A model generated the notes under the pieces. That model made no database searches. It saw only the letters and a list, made by a program, of their open reading frames with translations, and was not told the DNA's origin. Positions 22,694 to 32,668 of a stretch of 64,000 bases of DNA are shown here, piece after piece (position 1 is the first letter of the stretch; every line of letters begins with the position of its first letter). A program made the translations under genes and the position numbers. The stretch spans positions 15,747 through 79,746 of the forward strand of contig MFNV01000002.1 of NCBI GenBank assembly GCA_001782165.1, given 5' to 3'. Source of the stretch: Candidatus Levybacteria bacterium RIFCSPHIGHO2_01_FULL_41_15. Lineage in GTDB: Bacteria > Patescibacteriota > Microgenomatia > Levybacterales > UBA12049.

Positions 22694-23719
22694 TTATACA
22701 TTTCTTGTGATTTTTCTGATTGTTTCTATTGCAAAATTAATAGCATATTTTGGGTAATTAAGTATAAGGTCTTGGGCATGAAGATATTCTATTTCTTCTC
22801 CCCCAAAGCCTCTTTTAAAAAGAGAAAGTCCAAAAAATCTGTGGCGTTGATTGTTTTCAGGTGATACCCCCCATAAATTATAACGGCTCATGTCTCGTTT
22901 TTTGGCTTCTAAAATCGCCTCCCATTGAATAAGATATGATCCTGGATGATCTCTTCCCTCCTCTGTCGATGCTCCATAGTGATAAACTGCCTCATTTCCA
23001 TAAAAGATGATAAAAGCCACAGCTAAAAGTTTATTTTTAAAAAATGCTTTATATATTAAAGCCGCGTTTATTTGTGAAAACGTCTTGAACTGTTCATGCA
23101 AATATCTATGAGAGAAGGGAATAAATTTTTGTCTCTTCGATGTTTGAATCTGAAGATCATAAAATTTTTTTATTTCTTTGGGATCTTGAGAAGTTACAAT
23201 TCTTAGTCCTTCTTTTTCTGCCTTTTTTATTTCATAGCGCGTGGTTTTTCTCATCTGTTTTAAAAGTTCTTCTTCTGGCTTTTTGATATCAAGTTGGGAT
23301 GTTAATTCTGCATGAAGGTGCATTGGTGCATCAATAAACCCATATTTCTTGAAGATATTTTTTGAAAAATCGGAAGATAAGAGTTGTGGCCTTACTCTTA
23401 TGAAACCACAGTCATTAAGATATGCGATTTTTTTAATTTCTTTGATAAAAGTATCGACAATTTCATCATCTTTCCAATCAATAATGGGACCCCCGGGCAC
23501 TATCAGATGCTTGCCTCTCTTGGCGTCCTCAACTATTGAGAGCAGTACGCCATCAAGCTTATTATTTCTGAAAAACCCTATCCTTTCAATTTTCTGTCCG
23601 AGATTTTCATAAAACTGTCCCCAATGCCATGAATGAAGAAAATTGGCTTCCTCATGAAAGGCTATAAAATCTTCCCATTCTTTTTTGTCTTCAATTTTTT
23701 TGGTTGTTATTTTACCCAT
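22694..23719 (-). CDS. FemABX-family lipid II aminoacyl transferase
   Basis: FLHSWHWG, GGPIID, MRKTTRYEIKKA, LFKRGFGG. Confidence 0.88.
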   Translation of the reverse strand: MGKITTKKIEDKKEWEDFIAFHEEANFLHSWHWGQFYENLGQKIERIGFFRNNKLDGVLLSIVEDAKRGKHLIVPGGPIIDWKDDEIVDTFIKEIKKIAYLNDCGFIRVRPQLLSSDFSKNIFKKYGFIDAPMHLHAELTSQLDIKKPEEELLKQMRKTTRYEIKKAEKEGLRIVTSQDPKEIKKFYDLQIQTSKRQKFIPFSHRYLHEQFKTFSQINAALIYKAFFKNKLLAVAFIIFYGNEAVYHYGASTEEGRDHPGSYLIQWEAILEAKKRDMSRYNLWGVSPENNQRHRFFGLSLFKRGFGGEEIEYLHAQDLILNYPKYAINFAIETIRKITRNV

Positions 23720-24885
23720 TCATTAATAAGTTTTGCCAAATAAAGAGCTTGAATTTCTGAAATATTTCTGTGGGTCGGAAGATTAAAAATCTTCCCTGAG
23801 ATTTTCTCAGCCCTTGAACAGTCCCCTTTATAATTTGTAAGTTTAGCAAATTTTTTTGGAGCGATCGGATAGTCATACCAAATATCGGATAGGTAAAAGC
23901 CCTCCCTTTTTAAAATTTTTATAAGTTCATCCCGTTTTTCTATAAATATTGGAAATCTAAGACTAGAAGATTTTCTTGTATTGTTTGCTATTTCTTTTGA
24001 TAAAATTTGGGAATTAAGGTTTTTGCTGTAAATCTCTGAAATTTTTCTTCTATGATTAAGGTCTCCTCCCAAATTTTTAAAAGATTTTAAAATTAAGCCT
24101 GAGTAAAAACCGGGAAGACTTAAAAGACTATAATTGGTTCTATCCATGGGGACTGACAGTAAATTTGTTTTCCTCAAAACAAAATGTATGATTTTCCCCA
24201 ATCTTAAATCGTACGTTTTTCTAATAACGAAAGTGAGTAAGGGATAAAGAGTATCAGTAAGCTGTTTGTAAAAAGGAGGATTCTTAAAGCTTTGTAGAGT
24301 TTTTTGAAATTTCTTATGTCTTATTATCAATGCACCGCCTGATACCCCGTCAACGATTTTGTCCTGGCTGAAAGAAAGTACTGTAAAATCGCCAACTGTT
24401 CCCGCTTCCCTTCCATTCTTGTAAATTGTTCCGATTGAGTGGGCAAGATCTTCAATAAGAATAATGCTTTCCTCTTTGCATAATTTTGAAATGTTTTCAA
24501 TATCACAAGGGTAACCTAGGGTATTTTGGACAATCACCGCTTTAATATTCGGATTTTTTTGAATTTTTTTCCTCAAATTTGCGGCATCGAAATTTAATTT
24601 TCCTAGTGGTAAATCAATGTACTCTGTTTCATATCCTGCTTTTTTAATCCCATCATATACTGCATAACAGGTAAGCCCATTTATTGCAACAAGAGAGTTT
24701 GGGGGGAGGTTAGAAAGTTTTAAAGCAAGCGTTATTGCTTGTCTTCCTTTGAATAACAAAATAGCCTCGCCTTGATATTTTTTCTCAAGAAACTTTATTA
24801 ATTCATTTCTTAAATCATGGGAAAAAAGAGATTTTAGAACAAAATTAAAATCATAATTTGAGCCAAGAGAATTAAATATGCTCAT
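23707..24885 (-). CDS. DegT/DnrJ/StrS-family PLP-dependent enzyme
   Basis: LIEDLAHSIG, SFSQDK..GGA, NLPTH. Confidence 0.88.
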   Translation of the reverse strand: MSIFNSLGSNYDFNFVLKSLFSHDLRNELIKFLEKKYQGEAILLFKGRQAITLALKLSNLPPNSLVAINGLTCYAVYDGIKKAGYETEYIDLPLGKLNFDAANLRKKIQKNPNIKAVIVQNTLGYPCDIENISKLCKEESIILIEDLAHSIGTIYKNGREAGTVGDFTVLSFSQDKIVDGVSGGALIIRHKKFQKTLQSFKNPPFYKQLTDTLYPLLTFVIRKTYDLRLGKIIHFVLRKTNLLSVPMDRTNYSLLSLPGFYSGLILKSFKNLGGDLNHRRKISEIYSKNLNSQILSKEIANNTRKSSSLRFPIFIEKRDELIKILKREGFYLSDIWYDYPIAPKKFAKLTNYKGDCSRAEKISGKIFNLPTHRNISEIQALYLAKLINEWVK

Positions 24886-25595
24886 AGAAAATTTGAAATA
24901 ATTCCTGCAGTTTCTTCGGGATTTGTGAATTGAGGGGAATGGCGGGCATTATTGATTATATATAATTTGCTATTGATTATTTTTTGATTTAATATTTTCG
25001 CATCAGATAAAGGAGTAATAGAATCTTTTCTTCCCCATATTATAATAGTAGAAGCAAGTATTTTTTCTATTTCAAGAGTTTTGTCTGCCTCCATTAGATT
25101 TATCATTGTTTTTTTCATGTTTTCGGAGGCATCTTTGTAGTCGGTCTCTCTTGCCAGAAAATATAAAAGGTTTTTCGCTGTTTTTGATGATAAAAATTTT
25201 CTTCCGGTTTTTGCAATTGCTTTAAACACCACTCTTTTAACTTTTAGGGGCAGTTTGTCATGAAAAACTCCGGCACTGTCAATTAAAACTAGTTTTGAGA
25301 TCTTATCTTGATATTTTAGGGCAAAAGCCATGGCAATACGTCCTCCATTTGAATGCCCGATCAGATTAATGCTTCCTGTTTCATTTTTAACTATATTAAA
25401 AAGCCAATCTACATAGTCTTCAAGCGTCCATGGATTTTCTATTTTTTTAGTCAAGCCCGGAATCTTAAGGAGTACAGGATTTAGCTTACTCTGTTTAAGA
25501 TGAGCAATAAAAGGGCTCCACTTTTCAAGCGAATAAGTCCAGCCATGGAGTATGTATATTGATGGTTGATGATTGAGGATTGATGATTTTCTCAT
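24882..25595 (-). CDS. Alpha/beta hydrolase
   Basis: LHGW, GHSNGG nucleophile elbow, WGRKD, ARH. Confidence 0.9.
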   Translation of the reverse strand: MRKSSILNHQPSIYILHGWTYSLEKWSPFIAHLKQSKLNPVLLKIPGLTKKIENPWTLEDYVDWLFNIVKNETGSINLIGHSNGGRIAMAFALKYQDKISKLVLIDSAGVFHDKLPLKVKRVVFKAIAKTGRKFLSSKTAKNLLYFLARETDYKDASENMKKTMINLMEADKTLEIEKILASTIIIWGRKDSITPLSDAKILNQKIINSKLYIINNARHSPQFTNPEETAGIISNFL

Positions 25596-26875
25596 AAGCC
25601 GAATTTTTTTCTTCTTTTCTCCCACACTTTTTCTCTCCGGGGCAATTTATCTATATTTCTTTTATCCTCAAGGAGATTTTCTATAACGCCTTCTAGAAAT
25701 CTTGCCCCTTTAAATAAAATTGTCTCTCCCCCTCTTAGATTCTTTTCAATATATGAAAGAGCTTCCTTGGGCATTATAAAACTCACGACTTTTTTGTCAT
25801 TAGTTCTTAGTTTTTCGTTCTTAGTTCTTAGTTTTGTATACGTATACTTAGAGAGTCTTGGACCAACCAAAATGATTTTTCTTGCTTTTATCTTTGCAAT
25901 TTTTTCAGAAAGGTTCTCATGCTCCTCTCTCTCCTCATTTCCAAGTTCAATCATGTCTCCTAGAACCAGCCACTTATCTTTTGAGGGATAGGTGGAAAAC
26001 ATATTTAGCACAGCACTAACAGCTTCAGGAGTTGCATTGTAAGTGCTGTCTATAATAGTAGTGTTTTTAATTCCATTAAAGATTTTGCTTCTGCCAGGCG
26101 GAATTGAAAAATTTTTAAAACTAAGGTCAGCTTTTATATTCAGTTTATCAAGAACTACGAACATCATTTGAAGAGAGTAAAAAAATTCTTTGGGAAGGAG
26201 AAATTTAAATTCAAAAGTTTTGTCTTCCGTACGGTAAACCGTACCGCTGTACCCTACCTTATACTCTTTAAGATTCTTAATGCTTATTTTTACGACTTTC
26301 CCTTTTGCTCTTTTCAGTTCTTCGGCAATAAAATTTAAGTCCCCATTTACAACAGCAAGTTCTGAAGTTTTTTCTATAAAAAAACCATATTCAAATGCAA
26401 TAGCCTTCTCAACTTTCCTAAATTTCCCCTTTGTAGCTTCCGAGTTAAAGTTTGCAGTATGCGTTCGGCTTACCCCTGTCCAAAGGGTTATTTTGGGTTT
26501 AAGAAGCGTTGCCAAGAATTTTCCTTCTCCTGGCCTGTCGCAATCCGTCTCGACAACATAAAATTTTTCACTCGGATTTTTCTTAAAAAGCATAAAGGGA
26601 GCAAGAATAAACAAAAACAGCCATTCATAGACCATTAAAGTTTTTCTTTTAAGACCTAGAATATCAAAGGGAACGCCATAAGAGCTGTTTGCAAGGTGCG
26701 AATACTTTGCCTTATTCCCCATCTGGGATTCTATAAGATGAAGAAGAGTAGTTTTGCCGCTTGAGCCTGTCACTACTATTATATAAGGTTTCCATCGCAA
26801 TAATTTTAGCTTTGCAAGAAATCGGAAGTAATGAGCTCCCGGAAAGTAAAAAAAATTTTTAAGCTTTGAAAGCAT
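25592..26875 (-). CDS. murF: Mur ligase, MurF-like
   Basis: VTGSSGKTT, IIDSTYNATP, LGDMIELG, LFKGAR. Confidence 0.85.
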   Translation of the reverse strand: MLSKLKNFFYFPGAHYFRFLAKLKLLRWKPYIIVVTGSSGKTTLLHLIESQMGNKAKYSHLANSSYGVPFDILGLKRKTLMVYEWLFLFILAPFMLFKKNPSEKFYVVETDCDRPGEGKFLATLLKPKITLWTGVSRTHTANFNSEATKGKFRKVEKAIAFEYGFFIEKTSELAVVNGDLNFIAEELKRAKGKVVKISIKNLKEYKVGYSGTVYRTEDKTFEFKFLLPKEFFYSLQMMFVVLDKLNIKADLSFKNFSIPPGRSKIFNGIKNTTIIDSTYNATPEAVSAVLNMFSTYPSKDKWLVLGDMIELGNEEREEHENLSEKIAKIKARKIILVGPRLSKYTYTKLRTKNEKLRTNDKKVVSFIMPKEALSYIEKNLRGGETILFKGARFLEGVIENLLEDKRNIDKLPRREKVWEKRRKKFGL

Positions 26876-26922
26876 GAATGATAACTCTAATTCTATCAAA
26901 AAAGACAGAAAAGATCGAAAAT

Positions 26923-27573
26923 TTAGAGAGAAATGAGGGTGTTTTCAAGGATGAGGCGGGGACTGACATTGGTAGTCTTTATAATAGTGTGTGCTTCCTG
27001 AAGCTTTTTAATGACTTTTGCCGTTTTTTCAAAAGGTTTATTTTTTGCAATCTCCTCAAGAAGTTTTTTTCGACCTCCCAGTATCATTTTTTCAAGCCAC
27101 AAAGCTCCCTCGTCTCTAGTTTTCCCAAAATCCTGCGCTATCTTAAGCCTTTTCCCTGCCCTATCCAAGTTTAATATTTCCAAGAAATCCCCAAGATCCT
27201 GTTCTTCTATTTTTATTTCACTTTTCAGTTCTATTATTTTGCATCTTGATAAAACTGTGGGCAACAAATTAGTACTTTGAACAACCAGAATTATAATAGT
27301 GTTTTCAGGGGGTTCTTCGAGAATCTTTAAAAGTGCGTTTTGAGCTTCAATTGTAAAACCATTTGAAGATGCAAGAATTACGGCTTTTGACCTTCCTCTT
27401 ATGGGTTTTAGGAATATTTTTTTGTGAATATTTCTTACATCTTCTATTCCTGCGGTTTTTTCAAATTCTTCTCTTGTGATGTCTAACTCTTCGATCTTAA
27501 GTTCTCTGCAAATATCAAAAGCCTTTGTGACTCCTTTTTCTTTATTTTTTGAGGCTATTAAAACGGATTGCAT
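26923..27573 (-). CDS. holB: DNA polymerase III delta-prime-like subunit
   Basis: EAQNALLKILEEPP, LLPTVLSRC. Confidence 0.85.
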   Translation of the reverse strand: MQSVLIASKNKEKGVTKAFDICRELKIEELDITREEFEKTAGIEDVRNIHKKIFLKPIRGRSKAVILASSNGFTIEAQNALLKILEEPPENTIIILVVQSTNLLPTVLSRCKIIELKSEIKIEEQDLGDFLEILNLDRAGKRLKIAQDFGKTRDEGALWLEKMILGGRKKLLEEIAKNKPFEKTAKVIKKLQEAHTIIKTTNVSPRLILENTLISL

Positions 27574-27728
27574 AGATTATGGTTTCTTGACCCCGTAAGC
27601 TCTTGCCACTTCGCTTTTTCATCCGCCAGCTGGCGGAACGCTTCGTGGCGTGTGAAAGCGGGGTCTGCGGCAACCTCGCCTCGGCGTTGCCTTGACATTA
27701 TAGCTTAATTTTCCTTAGTATAGAAGTA

Positions 27729-29477
27729 ATGCCCAACCAGGACACAAATGCATCTTTATCATCAGGAAATCTATCATCAGGAAGTCTTCTTGATGTTCTT
27801 CTTTCAGACCATCTTATTACACCTGCGCAAGCAGATGAGATAAAAGTAAAGAGTGCGAGCCTTAATAAACCGTATGAAGATACTCTTGTTTCCTTAGGTT
27901 TGGTTTCTTCTGAGAAGCTGGCAGAAGTAAAGGCCAAGCTTTACGGCGTTCCCTTTATCTCTCTTGCCTCTTTTTCTTTTTCTCCTTTGGCTTTGAGTAT
28001 GATTCCTCGAGCTGTTGCAGAGAGATTCCGTCTTATTCCATTTCTGTTTGATGAAAAAACAAGAACCTTGTCAATCGCCATGGCAAATCCTGTTGACCTT
28101 GAAGCACTTGAGTTTGTAAGACAGAAAACTGGTCTTGATATAAAAATTTTTGCCACTTCCGAAGATGAATTAAAAAAAGTGATAGATCAACAATATAAAC
28201 AGGGAATTGTTGGAGAAGTCGGAAAAGCTATAAAGGAGACTACAGAATTAACTAAGCCCCGCACTATAGACAGCAGGGAAATAGCAGAGATTATTAAAGA
28301 GGCGCCTATTGCCAAGATTGTTTCAACCATTCTTGAGTATGCAGTTTCAAGCAGAGCTTCCGATGTTCACATAGAACCTCAGGAAGACAGAATCAGAGTA
28401 AGATACAGAATAGACGGAATTTTGTACGACCGGTTAAGCCTCCCAAAAACAGTACAAGAAGCAGTAATATCACGTACCAAAATTCTTTCAAATATGAAAA
28501 TTGACGAACATAGGATTCCGCAAGACGGGAGATTTAACTTTAAAGCAGAGAACAATGAGGTTGATCTTCGTATTTCAGTAATGCCGACAGCTTTTGGTGA
28601 AAAAATTGTAATGAGACTTCTTAGGAAGTCAGGAGGAGTGCCGACTCTTCCTGATCTTGGGCTTTCCGGGATTTCTCTTAAGAATTTGGAAACAGCTACT
28701 TTAAGACCCCATGGAATAATAATAGTCTGCGGTCCGACGGGATCGGGGAAAACTACTACTCTTTATTCAGTTTTAGAGAAACTAAATACTTCCCGCGTTA
28801 ATATAATGACACTTGAGGATCCTATTGAGTATCAAATGACAGGGGTTAATCAAGTTCAGATAAATCCCGCAGTTGGTCTTACTTTCGCAACAGGACTTAG
28901 GTCATTCCTCAGGCAAGATCCGAATATAATACTGGTCGGAGAAATAAGAGACAAGGAAACAACAGAACTTGCTATTCAAGCGGCACTTACCGGTCATCTG
29001 GTTTTTTCCACTCTTCATACTTCAAATGCCTCAGGAGCCCTTCCTCGCCTTGTCGATCTGGGAGCAGAAACTTTTCTTCTTTCATCCACCATGAATGCAA
29101 TCGTGGGACAGAGAATAATAAGAAAAATCTGTCTCTATTGCAAGGAAGCAAATGTTCCCCTAAGACCGATAATTGAAGAAATAAGAAATGTTTTGGGAAA
29201 ACTGTTTCCTTCCTCAAACGGACAAGAGATAAAAATTTATAGAGGAAAAGGATGTGAAAAATGCGGAGGATTCGGGTATTTGGGAAGGATAGGAATATTT
29301 GAAGTCCTTCCCGTGTCAAACAAAATCTCAAGCCTAATACTTGAACATCCGGATAGTGCGACAGTTGAGAAGGAAGCGGTTTTGGAAGGAATGATAACAA
29401 TGAAGCAAGATGGTTATCTTAAGGTTCTTGCGGGAATTACGACTCCCGAGGAAGTTATAAGAGTAGCACAGGAATAA
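27729..29477 (+). CDS. pilB: Type IV pilus assembly ATPase (PilB/GspE)
   Basis: GPTGSGKTTT, LRQDPNIILVGEIRD, two CxxC pairs. Confidence 0.95.
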   Translation: MPNQDTNASLSSGNLSSGSLLDVLLSDHLITPAQADEIKVKSASLNKPYEDTLVSLGLVSSEKLAEVKAKLYGVPFISLASFSFSPLALSMIPRAVAERFRLIPFLFDEKTRTLSIAMANPVDLEALEFVRQKTGLDIKIFATSEDELKKVIDQQYKQGIVGEVGKAIKETTELTKPRTIDSREIAEIIKEAPIAKIVSTILEYAVSSRASDVHIEPQEDRIRVRYRIDGILYDRLSLPKTVQEAVISRTKILSNMKIDEHRIPQDGRFNFKAENNEVDLRISVMPTAFGEKIVMRLLRKSGGVPTLPDLGLSGISLKNLETATLRPHGIIIVCGPTGSGKTTTLYSVLEKLNTSRVNIMTLEDPIEYQMTGVNQVQINPAVGLTFATGLRSFLRQDPNIILVGEIRDKETTELAIQAALTGHLVFSTLHTSNASGALPRLVDLGAETFLLSSTMNAIVGQRIIRKICLYCKEANVPLRPIIEEIRNVLGKLFPSSNGQEIKIYRGKGCEKCGGFGYLGRIGIFEVLPVSNKISSLILEHPDSATVEKEAVLEGMITMKQDGYLKVLAGITTPEEVIRVAQE

Positions 29478-29522
29478 AAATAATTTGAAATTTAAAATTT
29501 AAAATTTGAAATTTTATAGGGT

Positions 29523-30596
29523 ATGGATATTCAAAATCTTTTACATTTGACGGTTACAAATAAAGCTTCTGATCTTCATCTTGTCCCAGGTTCGCCTCCT
29601 GCTATGAGAGTTGATGGATCATTGAATTATCTCTCCAACTCCCCTCCTCTTTCCAAGGAGGAAGTTGAAACAATGATTTTTTCTCTAATAAATTCCTTTC
29701 AAAAAGATAAATTTCTCAAAGAGAAAGAGCTTGATTTTTCTTTTGATTTCGGTGGGGAAACTCAGGGGAATCTGGGGAGATTTAGAGCCAATCTATACTT
29801 TCAAAAAAGATTGATGTGTGCTGAGTTCAGGTTTCTTGAGCCTAGAATAAGAACTATTGAGGAGTTAAATCTTCCCAAAATTCTTCACAACTTCGCGTCT
29901 CTTAAGCAGGGATTTGTTTTGGTGACCGGTCCTACGGGGCATGGAAAATCAACAACGCTTGCAGCAATTATAAATGAAATAAATTTAGGCAGATCTGTCC
30001 ACATACTTACAATAGAGGATCCTGTTGAATATGTTTATCCCAAAGGTAGGAGTTTGATCTCACAAAGAGAAATGGGTTTGGATACAAATTCCTGGGAAGC
30101 GGCTTTAAAAGCAGCACTTAGAGAAGATCCCGATGTCGTTTTGATCGGTGAAATGAGAGATCCTGAAACAATTGCATCAGCCATGACAATAGCAGAAACC
30201 GGACATTTGGTGTTATCGACTCTTCATACAAATTCTGCTTCTCAAAGCATTGATAGAATTATAGATGTGTTTCCCTCAAATCAACAATCACAAATAAAAA
30301 CACAGCTTTCGGCAGTTCTTAAGGGAATTGTTTCTCAAAGACTCCTCCCCCAAATATCGGGCGGAAGAATCCCTGCTGTTGAGCTAATGCTTGGGACTCC
30401 TGCTGTTGCAAGCAATATTAGGGAAGGGAAAACTTATCTTATCGATTCGATTATTCAAAACTCTCAAGATATCGGAATGATTCCTCTTGAATCTTCGCTT
30501 TCCTCTCTGGTTCTTTCAGGAGCAATAAGTCTTGAAATAGCTAAAAGTTATGCTCTTCGCCAAGATGAACTCTTAAGACTTATAGGTTACATGTGA
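29523..30596 (+). CDS. pilT: Pilus retraction ATPase
   Basis: ASDLHL, GPTGHGKSTT, LREDPDVVLIGEMRD, SNIREGK. Confidence 0.95.
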   Translation: MDIQNLLHLTVTNKASDLHLVPGSPPAMRVDGSLNYLSNSPPLSKEEVETMIFSLINSFQKDKFLKEKELDFSFDFGGETQGNLGRFRANLYFQKRLMCAEFRFLEPRIRTIEELNLPKILHNFASLKQGFVLVTGPTGHGKSTTLAAIINEINLGRSVHILTIEDPVEYVYPKGRSLISQREMGLDTNSWEAALKAALREDPDVVLIGEMRDPETIASAMTIAETGHLVLSTLHTNSASQSIDRIIDVFPSNQQSQIKTQLSAVLKGIVSQRLLPQISGGRIPAVELMLGTPAVASNIREGKTYLIDSIIQNSQDIGMIPLESSLSSLVLSGAISLEIAKSYALRQDELLRLIGYM

Positions 30597-31798
30597 AACT
30601 TAAATACAAAGCAATAACTAAAGACAATAAAATAATAAGAGGAATTATTGAGGCAAAGGACGAGAAAGAAGCTGTTTCATACCTTCGGTCAAAAGACCTA
30701 ATCCCCATAACAGTTACTTTGGACACAAAATATAGGCTGATTACATATATTCCCTTTTTTGGCAAAGTCGGGCAGGGAGATTTAGTTCTGTTTACAAGGC
30801 AACTTGCGGTAATGCTTAATTCAGGTCTCACTCTTTCAAATTCTCTCCATATCCTAAAAGAACAGACAGGAAATAACTTGATGCTTGATGTTATCAACAG
30901 GATAGTTACTGATACAGAAGAGGGAAAAACTTTTTCTTATGCCATTTCAAGGAATCCAGATGTATTTTCGCAAATCTATTTTTCGATTATAAAATCGGCG
31001 GAAACCTCAGGGCTTTTGGATAAGGCACTGCTTCGTCTTGCAGATAATCTTGAAAAACAGGTCAAACTGGAAAACACCATTAAAGGTGCCCTTCTGTACC
31101 CTTTAATAATTATTATTCTTATGATCGCTGTTGTATTTATAATGATGACTGTAGTTATACCCCAGCTCTCGGCCGTTTATAAAAGCCTTGATGTAAAACT
31201 CCCTCTTCCGACTCAAATAGTTATTGCCTTTTCCAATTTTTTTCTCATCTTCTGGCCTTTTTTGATAGGCATTTTCATTATCAGTATATTTATCTTCAGA
31301 CGGTGGCATAAAACAGAGGCGGGTAAATTGGTTATAGACAATCTCCTTTTAAAAATTCCTGTTTTTGGTAATCTTATTGCAAAGATTATACTTACGGAGT
31401 TTTCAAGGACACTAAGTCTTCTGATAGGATCAGGAACTTTGGTGGTTGATTCTCTTATGCAAACATCAGATACTCTGGGGAATATACATTACAAAAATGC
31501 AGTTGTTGACATTGCCAAGAAGGTTGAAAACGGAGTTGGCATAGGTGATGCTATATCATCATACAGTCTTTTTCCCGGAGTTCTCATCCAACTCGTAAAG
31601 ATTGGAGAGCAGACAGGAAAACTTGATGAAACTCTTATGAAAGCATCGGAGTATTTTGAGGAAGAAACAGATCAGGTTATAAAAACTCTTACAACTGCTT
31701 TTGAGCCTCTTATAATGGTAACCTTAGGACTTGGGGTTGCTTTTCTTCTAATTTCCGTAATAACACCAATATATAGTTTGATTTCAACAATTAAGTAG
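30593..31798 (+). CDS. pilC: Type IV pilus platform protein (PilC/GspF)
   Basis: FTRQLAVMLNSG, ALLYP, GEQTGKLD, FEP. Confidence 0.95.
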   Translation: MKLKYKAITKDNKIIRGIIEAKDEKEAVSYLRSKDLIPITVTLDTKYRLITYIPFFGKVGQGDLVLFTRQLAVMLNSGLTLSNSLHILKEQTGNNLMLDVINRIVTDTEEGKTFSYAISRNPDVFSQIYFSIIKSAETSGLLDKALLRLADNLEKQVKLENTIKGALLYPLIIIILMIAVVFIMMTVVIPQLSAVYKSLDVKLPLPTQIVIAFSNFFLIFWPFLIGIFIISIFIFRRWHKTEAGKLVIDNLLLKIPVFGNLIAKIILTEFSRTLSLLIGSGTLVVDSLMQTSDTLGNIHYKNAVVDIAKKVENGVGIGDAISSYSLFPGVLIQLVKIGEQTGKLDETLMKASEYFEEETDQVIKTLTTAFEPLIMVTLGLGVAFLLISVITPIYSLISTIK

Positions 31799-31858
31799 CC
31801 TTATTTTGCCACTTGACAAGCCATAAAAAATCTGTTCATACTTATAATATACTAAAAA

Positions 31859-32440
31859 ATGAAAGGTTACCTGTCCAAACTTCTTAGAGAAAAAGTATCC
31901 CGCGGATTTACACTTATCGAACTTTTAGTCGTCATCGCAGTCTTGGGAGTTTTGGCAGCAATTGTTCTTCTGGCAGTTAACCCAGGTGAACAGTTAGCCC
32001 GGGCAAGAGACACAAACAGAGTTTCCGCAGTTACGCAGATTGGTCGCTCTCTTCAGTCCTATTACACTGCCCATAACGGCAAATATCCTGCACCAGCAAG
32101 CTATCTTACCACACTTCAAACGTCTCAAGATCTTAAAACTATTCCTACCAACCCTGCCGGAAGTGGAACAACTTGGGGTGACTGTACTGCTGTGACGGGT
32201 CCGCATGATCCACTTACACAGCAGGGAAACCAGAGTGGATGGTGCTATGTAGTAGATGATCCAACAGATCTTACTGAAACTATAGTATTCACGGGTCTTG
32301 AGTCTCAGCTAAATGATAGTAAGTGTGCAACCGGACAAACTGTATGGTGGGTATTCTCAACCCAAAATGGTAGAGGAGGATTTACCTGTACAGCAGATGC
32401 ATTAACAGCTCCAACTTTAAATCCAACCTTCGTCGAATAA
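31859..32440 (+). CDS. Type IV pilin, probable major pilin
   Basis: GFTLIELLVVIAVLGVLA; own TTGACA..CATACT-like promoter. Confidence 0.9.
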   Translation: MKGYLSKLLREKVSRGFTLIELLVVIAVLGVLAAIVLLAVNPGEQLARARDTNRVSAVTQIGRSLQSYYTAHNGKYPAPASYLTTLQTSQDLKTIPTNPAGSGTTWGDCTAVTGPHDPLTQQGNQSGWCYVVDDPTDLTETIVFTGLESQLNDSKCATGQTVWWVFSTQNGRGGFTCTADALTAPTLNPTFVE

Positions 32441-32668
32441 TTCTCCTGAAAATATAAAGCATTCTTCGTCGCATCGCTTCGTCACCTCTTCGTCACACCG
32501 GGAATGAGTTAGTCTTGCTACATCGGTTGATAAGACTTCAGCCGGTCTGATATTTTAAATATATGCCAGGCAGACCTACGTTTTTAGTAAATGGTGAACA
32601 TTATCGTATTTGTGGATAACTGACAATGTCCGACCTTGTCAAGAATCGGTTTGTGTTATTGTAAAGAT

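Noticed and set aside
32611-32619. DnaA box TGTGGATAA as oriC
   Set aside because: Single box, no cluster and no dnaA/dnaN nearby; gene orientation suggests a terminus region instead.
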